Notes under the pieces: generated by a model
Told to the model about the DNA's origin: nothing
Database searches by the model: none
The model's input: only the letters and a program-made list of their open reading frames with translations
In this document: piece by piece, positions 29,220 to 39,194 of the stretch
Numbering within the stretch: position 1 is the first letter of the stretch
Layout: every line of letters starts with the position of its first letter
Origin: an uncultured Clostridia bacterium
GTDB taxonomy: Bacteria; Bacillota; Clostridia; Christensenellales; UBA1242
Direction: 5' to 3'
Length of the DNA stretch: 64,000 nucleotides
Assembly (NCBI GenBank): GCA_944376905.1
Contig: CALWEA010000001.1
Coordinates: forward strand, 72,610 to 136,609
Translations under genes and position numbers: made by a program

Positions 29220-29978
29220 ATGATATTATTAAACCGCACTTTATCAAAACTTGAAATGTCTTTTATAACAGTTTATATTAATCATTTGTTAGATTCTATT
29301 AGAAATGAAAAAACAACAAAGGCAATTGCTAATTCAGCAATCAAAGAATTTTCTCCTCTTGCAATTGCAGGACAAGTTGAAAGTGTTGAACAATATTGTA
29401 ACTACTTGCCACAAAATGCAAAATTTGATTCTGGAATTTTTGGACATATATGTCGTTTTAACAATATGCCTAAAAAATCTCCAGAAGTTTTAATGGCTTT
29501 ATCTGCTTATTATAAATGGAAATCTGGTGAAATTGAAATTTCAAGTAAGACTAATGGTTTAGAAAATTCTTCAAATACTTCATCTCTAAACAAATCTATT
29601 TCTAAAAAATTTTATGATGGAGCAATGGAAATGATTAATCGCCCAACTTTTTATAATTTAGACCCATTGGCACAAGCATACATTTTTAATCAAATTCCAT
29701 CTGAAAAAATTGATTCGTCACTTTTAATTCAAATGAGTAATTATAGAAATAATCTTTTAACTGCAATTTCAAAATTAATTAGTGGAGAAAAAAAGTTTAA
29801 ATATACTTTTGCTTTTCTTGATAATTTAATTAGATATGCATCTCCAACAGAATTTAAAAAATATAAACATATTATATCTTCATTTTTTAGTGAAGCACAA
29901 AAACCATCGTTTAAAGTTGTTGATTTGGCATCGTTAGATACTTTTAGAAATGTTAATATGAGAGTTAATGTTAAATGA
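29220..29978 (+). CDS. Hypothetical soluble protein
   Basis: ATG 29220 is better spaced from AAAGGA than 29214. TGA stop. No family recognised. Confidence 0.5.
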   Translation: MILLNRTLSKLEMSFITVYINHLLDSIRNEKTTKAIANSAIKEFSPLAIAGQVESVEQYCNYLPQNAKFDSGIFGHICRFNNMPKKSPEVLMALSAYYKWKSGEIEISSKTNGLENSSNTSSLNKSISKKFYDGAMEMINRPTFYNLDPLAQAYIFNQIPSEKIDSSLLIQMSNYRNNLLTAISKLISGEKKFKYTFAFLDNLIRYASPTEFKKYKHIISSFFSEAQKPSFKVVDLASLDTFRNVNMRVNVK

Positions 29979-30032
29979 TGTTTTTAATATTATTAAAATC
30001 TATTTAGTAAAAATAATTAAATAGTATTTATT

Positions 30033-30058
30033 AAAAAGCACCTTTTTGGTGTTTTTTT
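30033..30058 (+). terminator. Rho-independent terminator
   Basis: AAAAAGCACC-TTTTT-GGTGTTTTTTT. Confidence 0.65.
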
Positions 30059-30319
30059 ACATTAAAATTTATTTAATTATTATTAATTATTATTTATCTT
30101 TAATTATTATTAATTTTGAATTATAATTTAATTATTGGTAATTTTAATTATTATTTTTTCTAATTATTATTTATTTAATTATAATGTTATAAAGTTTTTT
30201 GTATAATTTATTTTTTAGGCTTAAAAGTAATTTGTTTAACAGATAATTTATAAATTATTATTTATTTTGTTTTTGATTTATTTATTATTTATTTATTATT
30301 AATTTATTATTTGTTATAT

Positions 30320-30348
30320 ATTTTATTTTATTTTATTTTATTTTATTT
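30320..30348. repeat. (ATTTT)n pentanucleotide microsatellite
   Basis: Five to six consecutive ATTTT units. A similar (TAAAA)4 tract lies at about 10520..10545. Confidence 0.8.
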
Positions 30349-30421
30349 ATAAAGTAAATTGTTGTTTTTAATATAATTATTATATTTTTATAAGTAAATT
30401 TATAATATTTTGCAATTTTAA

Positions 30422-30437
30422 TTAGATAAAAATCTAA
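30422..30437. promoter_or_regulatory. Copy 6 (variant) of the palindrome: TTAGATAAAAATCTAA
   Basis: Exact string at 30422..30437. It is the reverse complement of the copy at 44461..44476. Confidence 0.35.
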
Positions 30438-30515
30438 AAACAACATATTTGTTAAATATTTTAAGTTATTAACCTTATTTAGTTTGATAAAATATTTAAA
30501 CGATATTTAAGTTTT

Positions 30516-31139
30516 TTAATTGTTTTTATTGTTTTGTGATGGTTGAAACATCAATGCTTTAATTTTGTTTCGACGAGTTAAAAGAAAATTTATGTTATAA
30601 ATTATAATCATAAAAATTGCGGAAATAATTAATGCAAGTAAGACATTATCTCCTCCTAAAAAAATATAACCATCACTTGTTAAACCATGAATAATTTGTG
30701 CCGTGTTGATTCCTAAAAATAAAGAAGCAAATGATTGTTTTGGATATATGCAAATTTTTAATATTATAAAAGATAACAATGCAAACATTATTATCCATAA
30801 AATTTCTTGTGGAATATCAAACCTTGTCCAATCAATAATGAAAAATATTTGCATAAAAAATACTGTTATAAGATATGATATAAAAAATTTTATTCTAAAT
30901 GTTTTATTTTTAATTTCTGATAAAAATAAAACTGATATAATAAGAAATATACCAAAACCTGATATTGTAAATGTTAATTGCCCTAGGTTGTAGGCAGGAA
31001 GCAATAAACTAAAAAGTAATAAAATAAGACAACATACAAGTTGTATTTTTTTTATTCTAACTCTTTTTATAAATGTTTCACCAATTCCAAATAAAAGTAG
31101 GATTAACAAAACACCCAAAATTAATGTTAATGGTTTCAT
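30516..31139 (-). CDS. Polytopic membrane protein (about 6 TM), family not recognised
   Basis: ATG at 31139 lies 5 nt after AAGGAGA; the listed start 31187 lacks an RBS. The whole protein is hydrophobic. Confidence 0.6.
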   Translation of the reverse strand: MKPLTLILGVLLILLLFGIGETFIKRVRIKKIQLVCCLILLLFSLLLPAYNLGQLTFTISGFGIFLIISVLFLSEIKNKTFRIKFFISYLITVFFMQIFFIIDWTRFDIPQEILWIIMFALLSFIILKICIYPKQSFASLFLGINTAQIIHGLTSDGYIFLGGDNVLLALIISAIFMIIIYNINFLLTRRNKIKALMFQPSQNNKNN

Positions 31140-31309
31140 CAAATCTCCTTTAACATTAAATTGTGTTAAATGTTGGTTTTTATGCAATTTCTTTGATATT
31201 TATTTTTATGTATACATATTTAATTTTTCTTTTTGCTTTACAATTTTATTTTAATTGTGGTAAACTATAAATAATTATAATTGTGTAAGTTTAATGTTGG
31301 GAGGCATTT

Positions 31310-32131
31310 ATGAAATTTTTAAATTTTAAGAAAAAAATAACAGAACCCCTTCACCATGAAGATGAAGATAATATTAATTTAAGTGAAGGCGCACATATTT
31401 TAGTTAATTGTAAGAATGTTACTTTAGACGGAAATGTAACTGTTTTGGAAAGTACTAATACTGAATATATAGAAGTTAAAGGTCGAGCATACATTCAAGT
31501 TTTTCATAGCGGAACAATTGCTGTTTTAAGTGGGCATGCTAAAATTGGAATGGTTAAAAGTGGCGTTATTGAAAAGGCAACAGATTATGCAAATATAACA
31601 ACTGTTAATTATTGTGAGTTTGAATATTTATCTGGGCATGCAACAATTGGAACTTTTAATAATGGTAACATTAAATTTATGGATAAAAATTCTTATATTC
31701 CAACATTTAATTCTGGAAGTATAATGTTTATGCGAAACAATGCGAGAATTGGAACACTAATTAGTGGACAAGTTGCAGGTCTTTCTAATAATGCACAAAT
31801 TGCAACTATTATGAATGGAAAAATTGGGTATATGTTAAACAAATCAAAGATTGGAACAATTAACGCAGGTGAAGTTGCTGAACTTTGTGATTCTTCTGCT
31901 ATTGACACTTTGAATGATGGAAGTATAAATCACATGATGGGTGGTTCAATGATTTATCAACAAATTGGTGGAAATATAAAAAGCAAGAGTGGGCAAAGTT
32001 TATTGGTTTACACCAAAGAAAAAGAAAGAAATAAAATAGATGAACAAATTGAAATGGATATGAAAGAAATTTCTATTAAAAAACACACAAAAGGTAATTC
32101 TCGTAAGGTTTTTGATAATTTAGAAGATTAA
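31310..32131 (+). CDS. Beta-solenoid-like protein built from 10 consecutive 17-residue repeats
   Basis: Residues 58-227 parse without gaps as 17-mers: GRAYIQVFHSGTIAVLS, GHAKIGMVKSGVIEKAT, DYANITTVNYCEFEYLS, GHATIGTFNNGNIKFMD, KNSYIPTFNSGSIMFMR, NNARIGTLISGQVAGLS, NNAQIATIMNGKIGYML, NKSKIGTINAGEVAELC, DSSAIDTLNDGSINHMM, GGSMIYQQIGGNIKSKS. Confidence 0.7.
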   Translation: MKFLNFKKKITEPLHHEDEDNINLSEGAHILVNCKNVTLDGNVTVLESTNTEYIEVKGRAYIQVFHSGTIAVLSGHAKIGMVKSGVIEKATDYANITTVNYCEFEYLSGHATIGTFNNGNIKFMDKNSYIPTFNSGSIMFMRNNARIGTLISGQVAGLSNNAQIATIMNGKIGYMLNKSKIGTINAGEVAELCDSSAIDTLNDGSINHMMGGSMIYQQIGGNIKSKSGQSLLVYTKEKERNKIDEQIEMDMKEISIKKHTKGNSRKVFDNLED

Positions 32132-32871
32132 AAAATGTTTTATATAAGATTTTAATAATTTGTATTTTGTATAAGAATAATACTTTTTGTTTTGTACAAG
32201 AATAATACTTTTATATCTTGTAGTAAGATTTTTATATTTAATTGATTTAATAATTTAATTTATTGCTTAATAAATAATTAATTTATTATTTCATTTTATT
32301 TAATTATTGTATACATTATCTTCTTTTACTTGTAAATTTATTTAATTTATTCAGTTGTTTATACATTTTATATATTTATATTTTATATATCTTATATTTT
32401 ATATATATTTTTTATAGTTTTTCTTAAATTGTTTTTTTATTATTAATTTAAATGTGTTGAAAATAAAACTTAAAATACAATATTGTTGTATAATTTTCTT
32501 GTCTTATAAATTTTAATATTTTTAATTTTATTTGTTTCATTTTATTTTTTATAATTTTTATTAATATAATTTTTATTTTTATATAACTCACAAATGTTTT
32601 AATTCGAAAATATTTTAATTTTTATTCTTAATTTTAACTTAAAATTAACATTTATAGTTAAAAATTCATATTTAATTGAGATATTTTTTATTATATTAAT
32701 CTAAAAATTTTAATCTAAAAATTTTGTTGTTATAATTTATAATTAAATATTTTTTACTTTGAATTATTTAGTGAAATTTTATTATTTAAATGTTGAATAA
32801 TTATAGAAAGTGTTTTAGTTTTTTGTAGTTAAAATTTAATTAAAAATTATAACTTATTGATTGGAGGGGTT

Positions 32872-35736
32872 ATGTTAAAATTAACAAACATTTCAAAAAT
32901 TTATGAATTGGGTAAAAAAGGAGACAAAAAACATCAAATTGTTAATGCTTTAAAAAACGTTAATATTGAATTTAGAAAAAGTGAGTTTGTTTCTATTTTG
33001 GGACCTAGTGGATGTGGTAAAACAACGCTTCTTAACATTATTGGTGGTTTGGATAGATATACTGATGGTGATTTAATTATAAGTGGAAAAAGCACAAAAA
33101 CATTTAAAGATAAAGATTGGGATACTTATAGAAATCATAGTGTTGGTTTTGTTTTTCAAAGTTACAATCTTATTCCTCACTTAACTGTAATTCAAAATGT
33201 TGAACTTGCATTAACTTTGTCTGGAATCAAACCAGAAGAGCGTCGTGTTAGGGCAACTGAAGTTTTGTCGAAAGTTGGTTTGGCAGACAAAATTAATTCT
33301 AAACCTAATCAACTTTCTGGTGGGCAAATGCAAAGAGTTGCTATTGCTCGTGCGTTAGTTAATGACCCTGAAATAATTCTTGCAGATGAACCAACAGGTG
33401 CGTTAGATAGTAAAACAAGTGTGCAAATCATGGAACTTTTAAAAGAAATAGCAAAAGAACGTCTTATTGTTATGGTTACACACAACCCTGAATTAGCAAA
33501 TAAATATTCAACTAGAATTATTAAATTGTTAGATGGTGAAGTTGAAGGGGATTCAATGCCTTATGATAGTTCCCAACTTTCTTCAATTAATTCAAGCAAT
33601 AAAAATAATAATATTAATAATCAAAAAAATTTAGAGAGTGATTCTTTGTTGAGTTTAAGCGATGATAAGAATTTAACTGATGAACAAAGAATTAAAAAAT
33701 CAAAAAAGAAAAACATGTCTTATTTTACAGCAATTTCTCTAAGTTTAAAAAATCTTTTTACTAAAAAAGCAAGAACTTTTTTAGTTTCTTTTGCAGGAAG
33801 TATTGGAATTATTGGAATTGCACTAATTTTATCTTTGTCTAGTGGATTTCAAACTTACATTAACAGTGTTCAAGAGGACACATTATCAACATACCCTATA
33901 ACTATTAACAGTGCAACAATGGATTATAGTACTTTATTTAATGTTCTAATGAATGCTAATGCAGAGGAAAATAAGAAACCAACAGAAAATGCTATAACAA
34001 GTGATGATGTTATTGTTAATATGTTTCAATCTATTTTAAATGGTTCTAAATCTAACGATTTAAAATCATTTAAAGAATATATTGAAAGCGAAGCAGGAGA
34101 ACAGTTTAATCAATTTATCACAGGTATTCAATACACATATAATTTGAATTTGAATATTTATGATTCGCAAACACAACAACTTTTAAATCCAAATTCAATG
34201 TTTTATGATGGTATTATGGCTTGGTTAGAGGGTATGGCGGTTAAACAACTTCAACAAACTAATGAATACAAATCTCTTCAAGAAAAATATTTTCAAGATA
34301 ATCCTAATCCAGATGATAATTTAACACAACCTTCAGATGTTACTTACAAAATGCTTTTGGCATATCCAACAACTGCAATTGAATTTGCTCCTATGTTAAA
34401 AGCAACTATGGAACAATTAATTGCTCAAATAACGGGTATTATGGGAGGAGGCTCTTCGGGCAATATTGGTGGAATGAATATGGGAATGAATAATTTCGAA
34501 AGTTTAAAAAATTCAGATTTAGGGCTTTGGACAGAAATTATTAACAATCCAACTTTAATTAATAATCAATATGATATTGTTGCACTAACTCCAGATAAAC
34601 AAAAATCAACATTAATTGAAAGTTTAAAATATAATGAAATTGTTTTAGTTCAAGATAAAAATGGTTATCTTGGTGATTATGCTTTATATGCTCTTGGCTT
34701 AAAAACTTCTCCAACTATTGAAGAAATTGCATCAGGTTTAGTTAATTCAAAAGATTATGAAATTCAACCAACTATTATTCCATATAGTGAAATTTTAGGG
34801 AAAACTTATACTTTACTTGCTGACACTGATTATTTTGTTTATAAAACAACAAATGGTTCATCTTCAACTTACAGTTTAACATATTCTGCTGATGCGGTTT
34901 TAGTTGATATAAGAACAGAATTGACAAGTAGCGATGCGGGCTCCATGACTCAACAACAATATGATGAAATACTAGAACAAATTAAACAAACAAGTGGAAC
35001 AACTTTAACTATTAAAGGTATTTTATCTCCAAAACAAAATGTTTCTGCAACTTCTATAAGTGGGGCAATTGGATATTCAAATGCATTAACTCAATTTATG
35101 GCTGAAAAAATTGATAATACTATTCAAGAAAAAGGTTCGACAATTTTAGGGGGATATAGGGTTGACATGTCTAATCCAACAAGTATTAGTATTTATTGTA
35201 TAGATTTTGAGGCAAAAAGTGAGATTGAAAATTTAATTAAAGAGTATAATTCTTCTGTTGATGAAGAAAAGCAAATTGCCTACACTGATTATGTTAGTCT
35301 TATGATGGATTCTGTTAGTGTCATTATCAACGCTATAACTTATGTTTTAATTTCTTTTGTTGGCGTTTCTTTAATTGTTTCCTCTATTATGATTGGTGTT
35401 ATAACTTATATTTCTGTTCTTGAAAGAACAAAAGAAATTGGTGTTCTTCGTAGTATAGGTGCTAGTAAAAAAGATATAAAACGAGTGTTCACGGCAGAAA
35501 GTGTTATTATTGGATTTTGTGCGGGTGTTTTTGGTATCTTAATTACGCTTATCTTGACAATTCCTATTAACATTATAATTAATGCTCTTGCGGGGATTGG
35601 AAGTGTTGCCATGTTGCCATGGCTTGGTGGAATAATATTGATATTAATAAGTATGCTTTTGACATTTATTGCAGGATTAATTCCCGCTAGAATTGCATCA
35701 AAAAAAGACCCTGTTATTGCTTTAAGAACAGAATAA
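32872..35736 (+). CDS. Fused ABC transporter: MacB/LolD-type ATPase + FtsX-type permease with large extracytoplasmic domain
   Basis: ATG 32872 follows GGAGGGG. Walker [10 protein letters not shown], signature LSGGQMQR, Walker [11 protein letters not shown]1 is followed by a ~490-aa loop and then three C-terminal TM helices with the FtsX-type [19 protein letters not shown] motif. Confidence 0.85.
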   Translation: MLKLTNISKIYELGKKGDKKHQIVNALKNVNIEFRKSEFVSILGPSGCGKTTLLNIIGGLDRYTDGDLIISGKSTKTFKDKDWDTYRNHSVGFVFQSYNLIPHLTVIQNVELALTLSGIKPEERRVRATEVLSKVGLADKINSKPNQLSGGQMQRVAIARALVNDPEIILADEPTGALDSKTSVQIMELLKEIAKERLIVMVTHNPELANKYSTRIIKLLDGEVEGDSMPYDSSQLSSINSSNKNNNINNQKNLESDSLLSLSDDKNLTDEQRIKKSKKKNMSYFTAISLSLKNLFTKKARTFLVSFAGSIGIIGIALILSLSSGFQTYINSVQEDTLSTYPITINSATMDYSTLFNVLMNANAEENKKPTENAITSDDVIVNMFQSILNGSKSNDLKSFKEYIESEAGEQFNQFITGIQYTYNLNLNIYDSQTQQLLNPNSMFYDGIMAWLEGMAVKQLQQTNEYKSLQEKYFQDNPNPDDNLTQPSDVTYKMLLAYPTTAIEFAPMLKATMEQLIAQITGIMGGGSSGNIGGMNMGMNNFESLKNSDLGLWTEIINNPTLINNQYDIVALTPDKQKSTLIESLKYNEIVLVQDKNGYLGDYALYALGLKTSPTIEEIASGLVNSKDYEIQPTIIPYSEILGKTYTLLADTDYFVYKTTNGSSSTYSLTYSADAVLVDIRTELTSSDAGSMTQQQYDEILEQIKQTSGTTLTIKGILSPKQNVSATSISGAIGYSNALTQFMAEKIDNTIQEKGSTILGGYRVDMSNPTSISIYCIDFEAKSEIENLIKEYNSSVDEEKQIAYTDYVSLMMDSVSVIINAITYVLISFVGVSLIVSSIMIGVITYISVLERTKEIGVLRSIGASKKDIKRVFTAESVIIGFCAGVFGILITLILTIPINIIINALAGIGSVAMLPWLGGIILILISMLLTFIAGLIPARIASKKDPVIALRTE

Positions 35737-36066
35737 AGAGTAAATCAAAATTTTATTTAAATATTAATAGTTTTCTAATTAATATTTCTTATGAAGATAT
35801 CATTTTAAATAATTAATAATAAAAAATTACGTTTTAATAAAATATTAACTACTGAATATAAAATGTTATAGAACTTTAAAATTTATATATAAATATTAAA
35901 AAAATAACTTTAAAATTTATGTAAGAAATTAAAAATAATTTTTCTAAATTTTAATAATAAAAGTTTTTTAAAAGTATTTGTTAGAAGTATTTGATAAATG
36001 ATATTAGAAATAAATAATATCAAAATAAATAATATGATATATGATTTTTGGGTTAAAAGTATTAAT

Positions 36067-36135
36067 GCTTATTTATGTTGAATAATTTATAAATTTGGTA
36101 AAAATTTTTATTCTAAATAAATAAGCGTTTTTTTT
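36067..36135 (+). promoter_or_regulatory. Long terminator-like hairpin in the leader of the DUF1538/P-II genes
   Basis: Outer stem GCTTATTTAT (36067..36076) / ATAAATAAGC (36117..36126). Inner stem GAATAA (36080..36085) / TTATTC (36108..36113). 22-nt apical loop, then G plus T8. Confidence 0.45.
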
Positions 36136-36234
36136 GCAACAATTTCACATCAAAAAATACAATGATTTTAGAAATTGAAATTATTTTATAATAATTTCTT
36201 GACTAAATTTATAAATAAATGGTATTATATTTTT

Positions 36235-37782
36235 ATGAAATTTTTACGCCAACTTAAACAATGTTTTATTGCAACCGTTGCTATTTTAGCACTTGTCTTT
36301 TTATTGTTTTTATTAGGTGTTATTCCTTATGATACTTCAATTTTTACAAATTTTTTAATTGGTTCAATACTACTAATTATTGGGCAAACTATATTTTTAG
36401 TTGCAATTGATGAAAGTATTATAGGAACAGGACGCAATATTGGAGCAAAACTTTTTAAACTTAAAAAAGTTTGGATTCTTTTAATTTTTGGATTTTTGTT
36501 TGGTTTGGTTTCAACAATTGCGGAGCCAGATGTTCAAGTTTTGATTGGAGAATTGTTAGATGTCAATCCTTTTATTGGTTCATTCATTCTTTTATCTATT
36601 TTTGGAATTGGCAGTGGTTTTTTTGTTAGTTTTGCTCTTTTTAGAATTTTAAAAAATATTTCATTAAAATGGGTTTTGCTAGTTTTATATTCTATAATTA
36701 TAACTTTATGTTTTTTTGTTCCAGAAAGTTATGTTGGTTTGGCTTTTGATGCAGGTGGAGTTGCAACAGGGTCCATAACTGTTCCTTTTTTGCTTGCTGT
36801 TATTATTGGAATTTGTGCTATTCGAAGTGGTAGTAAAAAAGAGGATAGTTTTGGTGCAGTTGCAATTGCTTCAACAGGGCCAATTATTGCTGTTTTAATT
36901 TTGGGAGTTGTTTTTGGAGCACCAGAAGTTTCATCATCATATCAACCAGAAAGTGCATCTTTTTGGGCTATTTTGGCAGAACAGGCAAAAGATGTCGGGT
37001 TGGCACTTTCTCCCTTGTTGTTAACCTTTATTATAACGCAATTTGCACTTTTAAAACTTCCTAAAAAACAGGCGTTAAAAGTTTTTGTTGGGTTTATTGT
37101 TGCTTCTTTTGGTTTAATATGTTTTTTAACTGGTATTTATTTTGGGTTTAGTTCTATGGGCAATTTTATAGGTGTTAATTTAATAACTAATGCTGAATAT
37201 TGGTTTATCTTACTTTTTGGTGTTTTTATTGGCTCTTTATTGGTGTTTACTGACCCGGCAACTATTGTTTTAGTTGAACAGGTTGAAGAAGTTACCGCTG
37301 GATTTTTAAAAAAGACAGTTGTTTTTACAACTCTTGCTATTGGTGTTGCATTGGCTGTTCTTTTGGCTTTTGTTCATGTTATTTATCAAGTTAGTTTTTA
37401 TTATCTTCTTATTCCTATATATGTTGTGTGTATTGTTTTGAATTTCATAATTCCTAAAATTTTTACTTCTATTGCTTTTGATGGTGGTGGTATTGCTTCT
37501 GGAACTATGGTTGTTGCATTTATTTTGCCAATTTGTGTTGGAATGAGTAGCGCGCTTGGTCAGGATATTATGCTTTATGCATTTGGAGTTGCTGGAATGG
37601 TTGCAACAACGCCTATTTTAACTGTTCAAATTTTAGGTTTAATATTTATGATTAAAACCTCATACGACAAAAAGAAAGATAAAAAAGAAAAACAAATATT
37701 AGAGAGATTGGCAAAAGAGCATGCTCCATTAAGTGAAACTATATCTTGTAATGGTGATATTTTATTAGATAAAAGTGATTAA
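36235..37782 (+). CDS. DUF1538-type duplicated polytopic membrane protein (putative transporter)
   Basis: Two homologous halves. Each contains an AEPDV/TDPAT segment and FDAGGVATGSITVPFLLA / FDGGGIASGTMVVAFILP motifs, which I recall from DUF1538. The start is taken at ATG 36235; the listed TTG 36175 translates spacer sequence. Confidence 0.55.
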   Translation: MKFLRQLKQCFIATVAILALVFLLFLLGVIPYDTSIFTNFLIGSILLIIGQTIFLVAIDESIIGTGRNIGAKLFKLKKVWILLIFGFLFGLVSTIAEPDVQVLIGELLDVNPFIGSFILLSIFGIGSGFFVSFALFRILKNISLKWVLLVLYSIIITLCFFVPESYVGLAFDAGGVATGSITVPFLLAVIIGICAIRSGSKKEDSFGAVAIASTGPIIAVLILGVVFGAPEVSSSYQPESASFWAILAEQAKDVGLALSPLLLTFIITQFALLKLPKKQALKVFVGFIVASFGLICFLTGIYFGFSSMGNFIGVNLITNAEYWFILLFGVFIGSLLVFTDPATIVLVEQVEEVTAGFLKKTVVFTTLAIGVALAVLLAFVHVIYQVSFYYLLIPIYVVCIVLNFIIPKIFTSIAFDGGGIASGTMVVAFILPICVGMSSALGQDIMLYAFGVAGMVATTPILTVQILGLIFMIKTSYDKKKDKKEKQILERLAKEHAPLSETISCNGDILLDKSD

Positions 37783-38099
37783 AAATTTTTGTTAAAGGCT
37801 TTATAATTTTCAATATTGATAATTTTAAACAAACATTTAGTTTTAAAAAAATTACTTTATTAAAAATACTAGATAATTTCAAATTAAATATCTTATAATT
37901 TTTTAAAAAATTTAGTTTGAGTTATGTTTAATTTTTAATAAAATGATACTAATAAAAAAATAGTAAAGAAATAATCAAAAAAATTAAAAGTAAAAGATTT
38001 ATAATAAAAAATTAATAATATTTTATATAAGATTTTATATTTAAAATAATTGATAATTTTATATTAAATTAATTGGAAAAGCAAAGAGGAGTAGGAATA

Positions 38100-38699
38100 A
38101 TGGCTAAAAATATTAACATTATCATAACAACTTCATTAATAGCAGAAAAACTTTTTGAAATATTTAAAAGAGAACGTATTAATTGTGTGGTTATCCCTAA
38201 TTGTAAAGGATATTCGCAAAAAGGTAGTTTTTTTGAGTTTTTAGGTTTTACTGATTCTCGTATTGATTTTTTGGCGTTTCAATGTAGTGAAAAAATACGA
38301 AAAGTCATTTTAAAATATTTATTAGTTAATTACAATCAAAAAAATAATGGAATAATGTTTTCTGTTAAAGGAGGAAATTTGATGGAAGTAAAAAATAAAA
38401 TGATGGTTGCTATTGTTAATCATGGTTATGGGGAAAAAGTTGCTGATGTTCTACGCAAAGAATTTTCATGTGGGGCGACAATTCTTTCTGGTCGTGGTAG
38501 TGGAGTTGACTACGAATCATTTATGGGAATGTCTATTGATGCTGATAGGGAAATCGTTGTTTCCGTTATACCAAGCAAAATTTACGTTTCAATTAAAAAG
38601 TGTTTAAAACAAAATTTTGAAAATGATGAAACTGACCTTGTTTGCTTTTCATTACCTATAACGAATTTTGATAAACTTCATAGAGTTTCAAACAATTAA
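38100..38699 (+). CDS. Tandem P-II-like signal-transduction protein
   Basis: ATG 38100 follows AGAGGAG. Two ~95-aa halves are present. The second (MMVAIVNHGYGEKVADVLRKEFSCGATILSGRGSG...REIVVSVIP) shows the beta-alpha-beta plus G-A-T-x-x-x-G-R-G-x-G pattern of P-II-like proteins encoded next to DUF1538 genes. Confidence 0.55.
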   Translation: MAKNINIIITTSLIAEKLFEIFKRERINCVVIPNCKGYSQKGSFFEFLGFTDSRIDFLAFQCSEKIRKVILKYLLVNYNQKNNGIMFSVKGGNLMEVKNKMMVAIVNHGYGEKVADVLRKEFSCGATILSGRGSGVDYESFMGMSIDADREIVVSVIPSKIYVSIKKCLKQNFENDETDLVCFSLPITNFDKLHRVSNN

Positions 38700-39194
38700 T
38701 TATGAAATTTTTTATTTTTGTATTTTACATTTTGTTTTCTATTAACCAAAAACAATATTTTTGATTATAGATATTTGTAAAATTATAAAAATATTTTCAA
38801 CTAAATATTGGTTAAAATATTGTTTAAAAAATTATTGGAAAAAATTATTGGAAAAAATTTATTGGTTTAAAAAAATTGATAATTAAAATAATTACATAAT
38901 TCTAGTTTATTTTTATTTAAATTTATTTTTATTAAATTTATTTTTTTATTAGATTTAGTGTATTTGTTGCTTTTAATTTTATTTTTGTATTGCATGAAAT
39001 TATCTTATTATTTTAATTATGGTTTTTATTTTATTATTTTAAAATATATTGTTAATTTTTGAAGATTGACTTTTAAATTAATATTGTTTATACTATTAAT
39101 GTTTAAAACATATCAAAAAATTAAAAAACATATCAAATTAGTTTTAATTATTTTTATAAAAATTAAAAAAATTTTTATCTTTATTGAGGAAAAT

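Noticed and set aside
29976-29978. Alternative genetic code (TGA = Trp), suggested by the extreme AT content
   Set aside because: Conserved proteins such as GlpK, MurE, MraY and Ppa are full-length under code 11 and use TGG for conserved Trp. TGA terminates two genes (29978, 57499) at sensible lengths.
39066-39194. N-terminal extensions offered by the ORF track (39066, 32857, 36175, 38073, 54996, 62010, 31187, 11840)
   Set aside because: The extra codons translate AT spacer into Ile/Lys/Phe strings. A better ATG with a properly spaced Shine-Dalgarno sequence lies downstream in each case.
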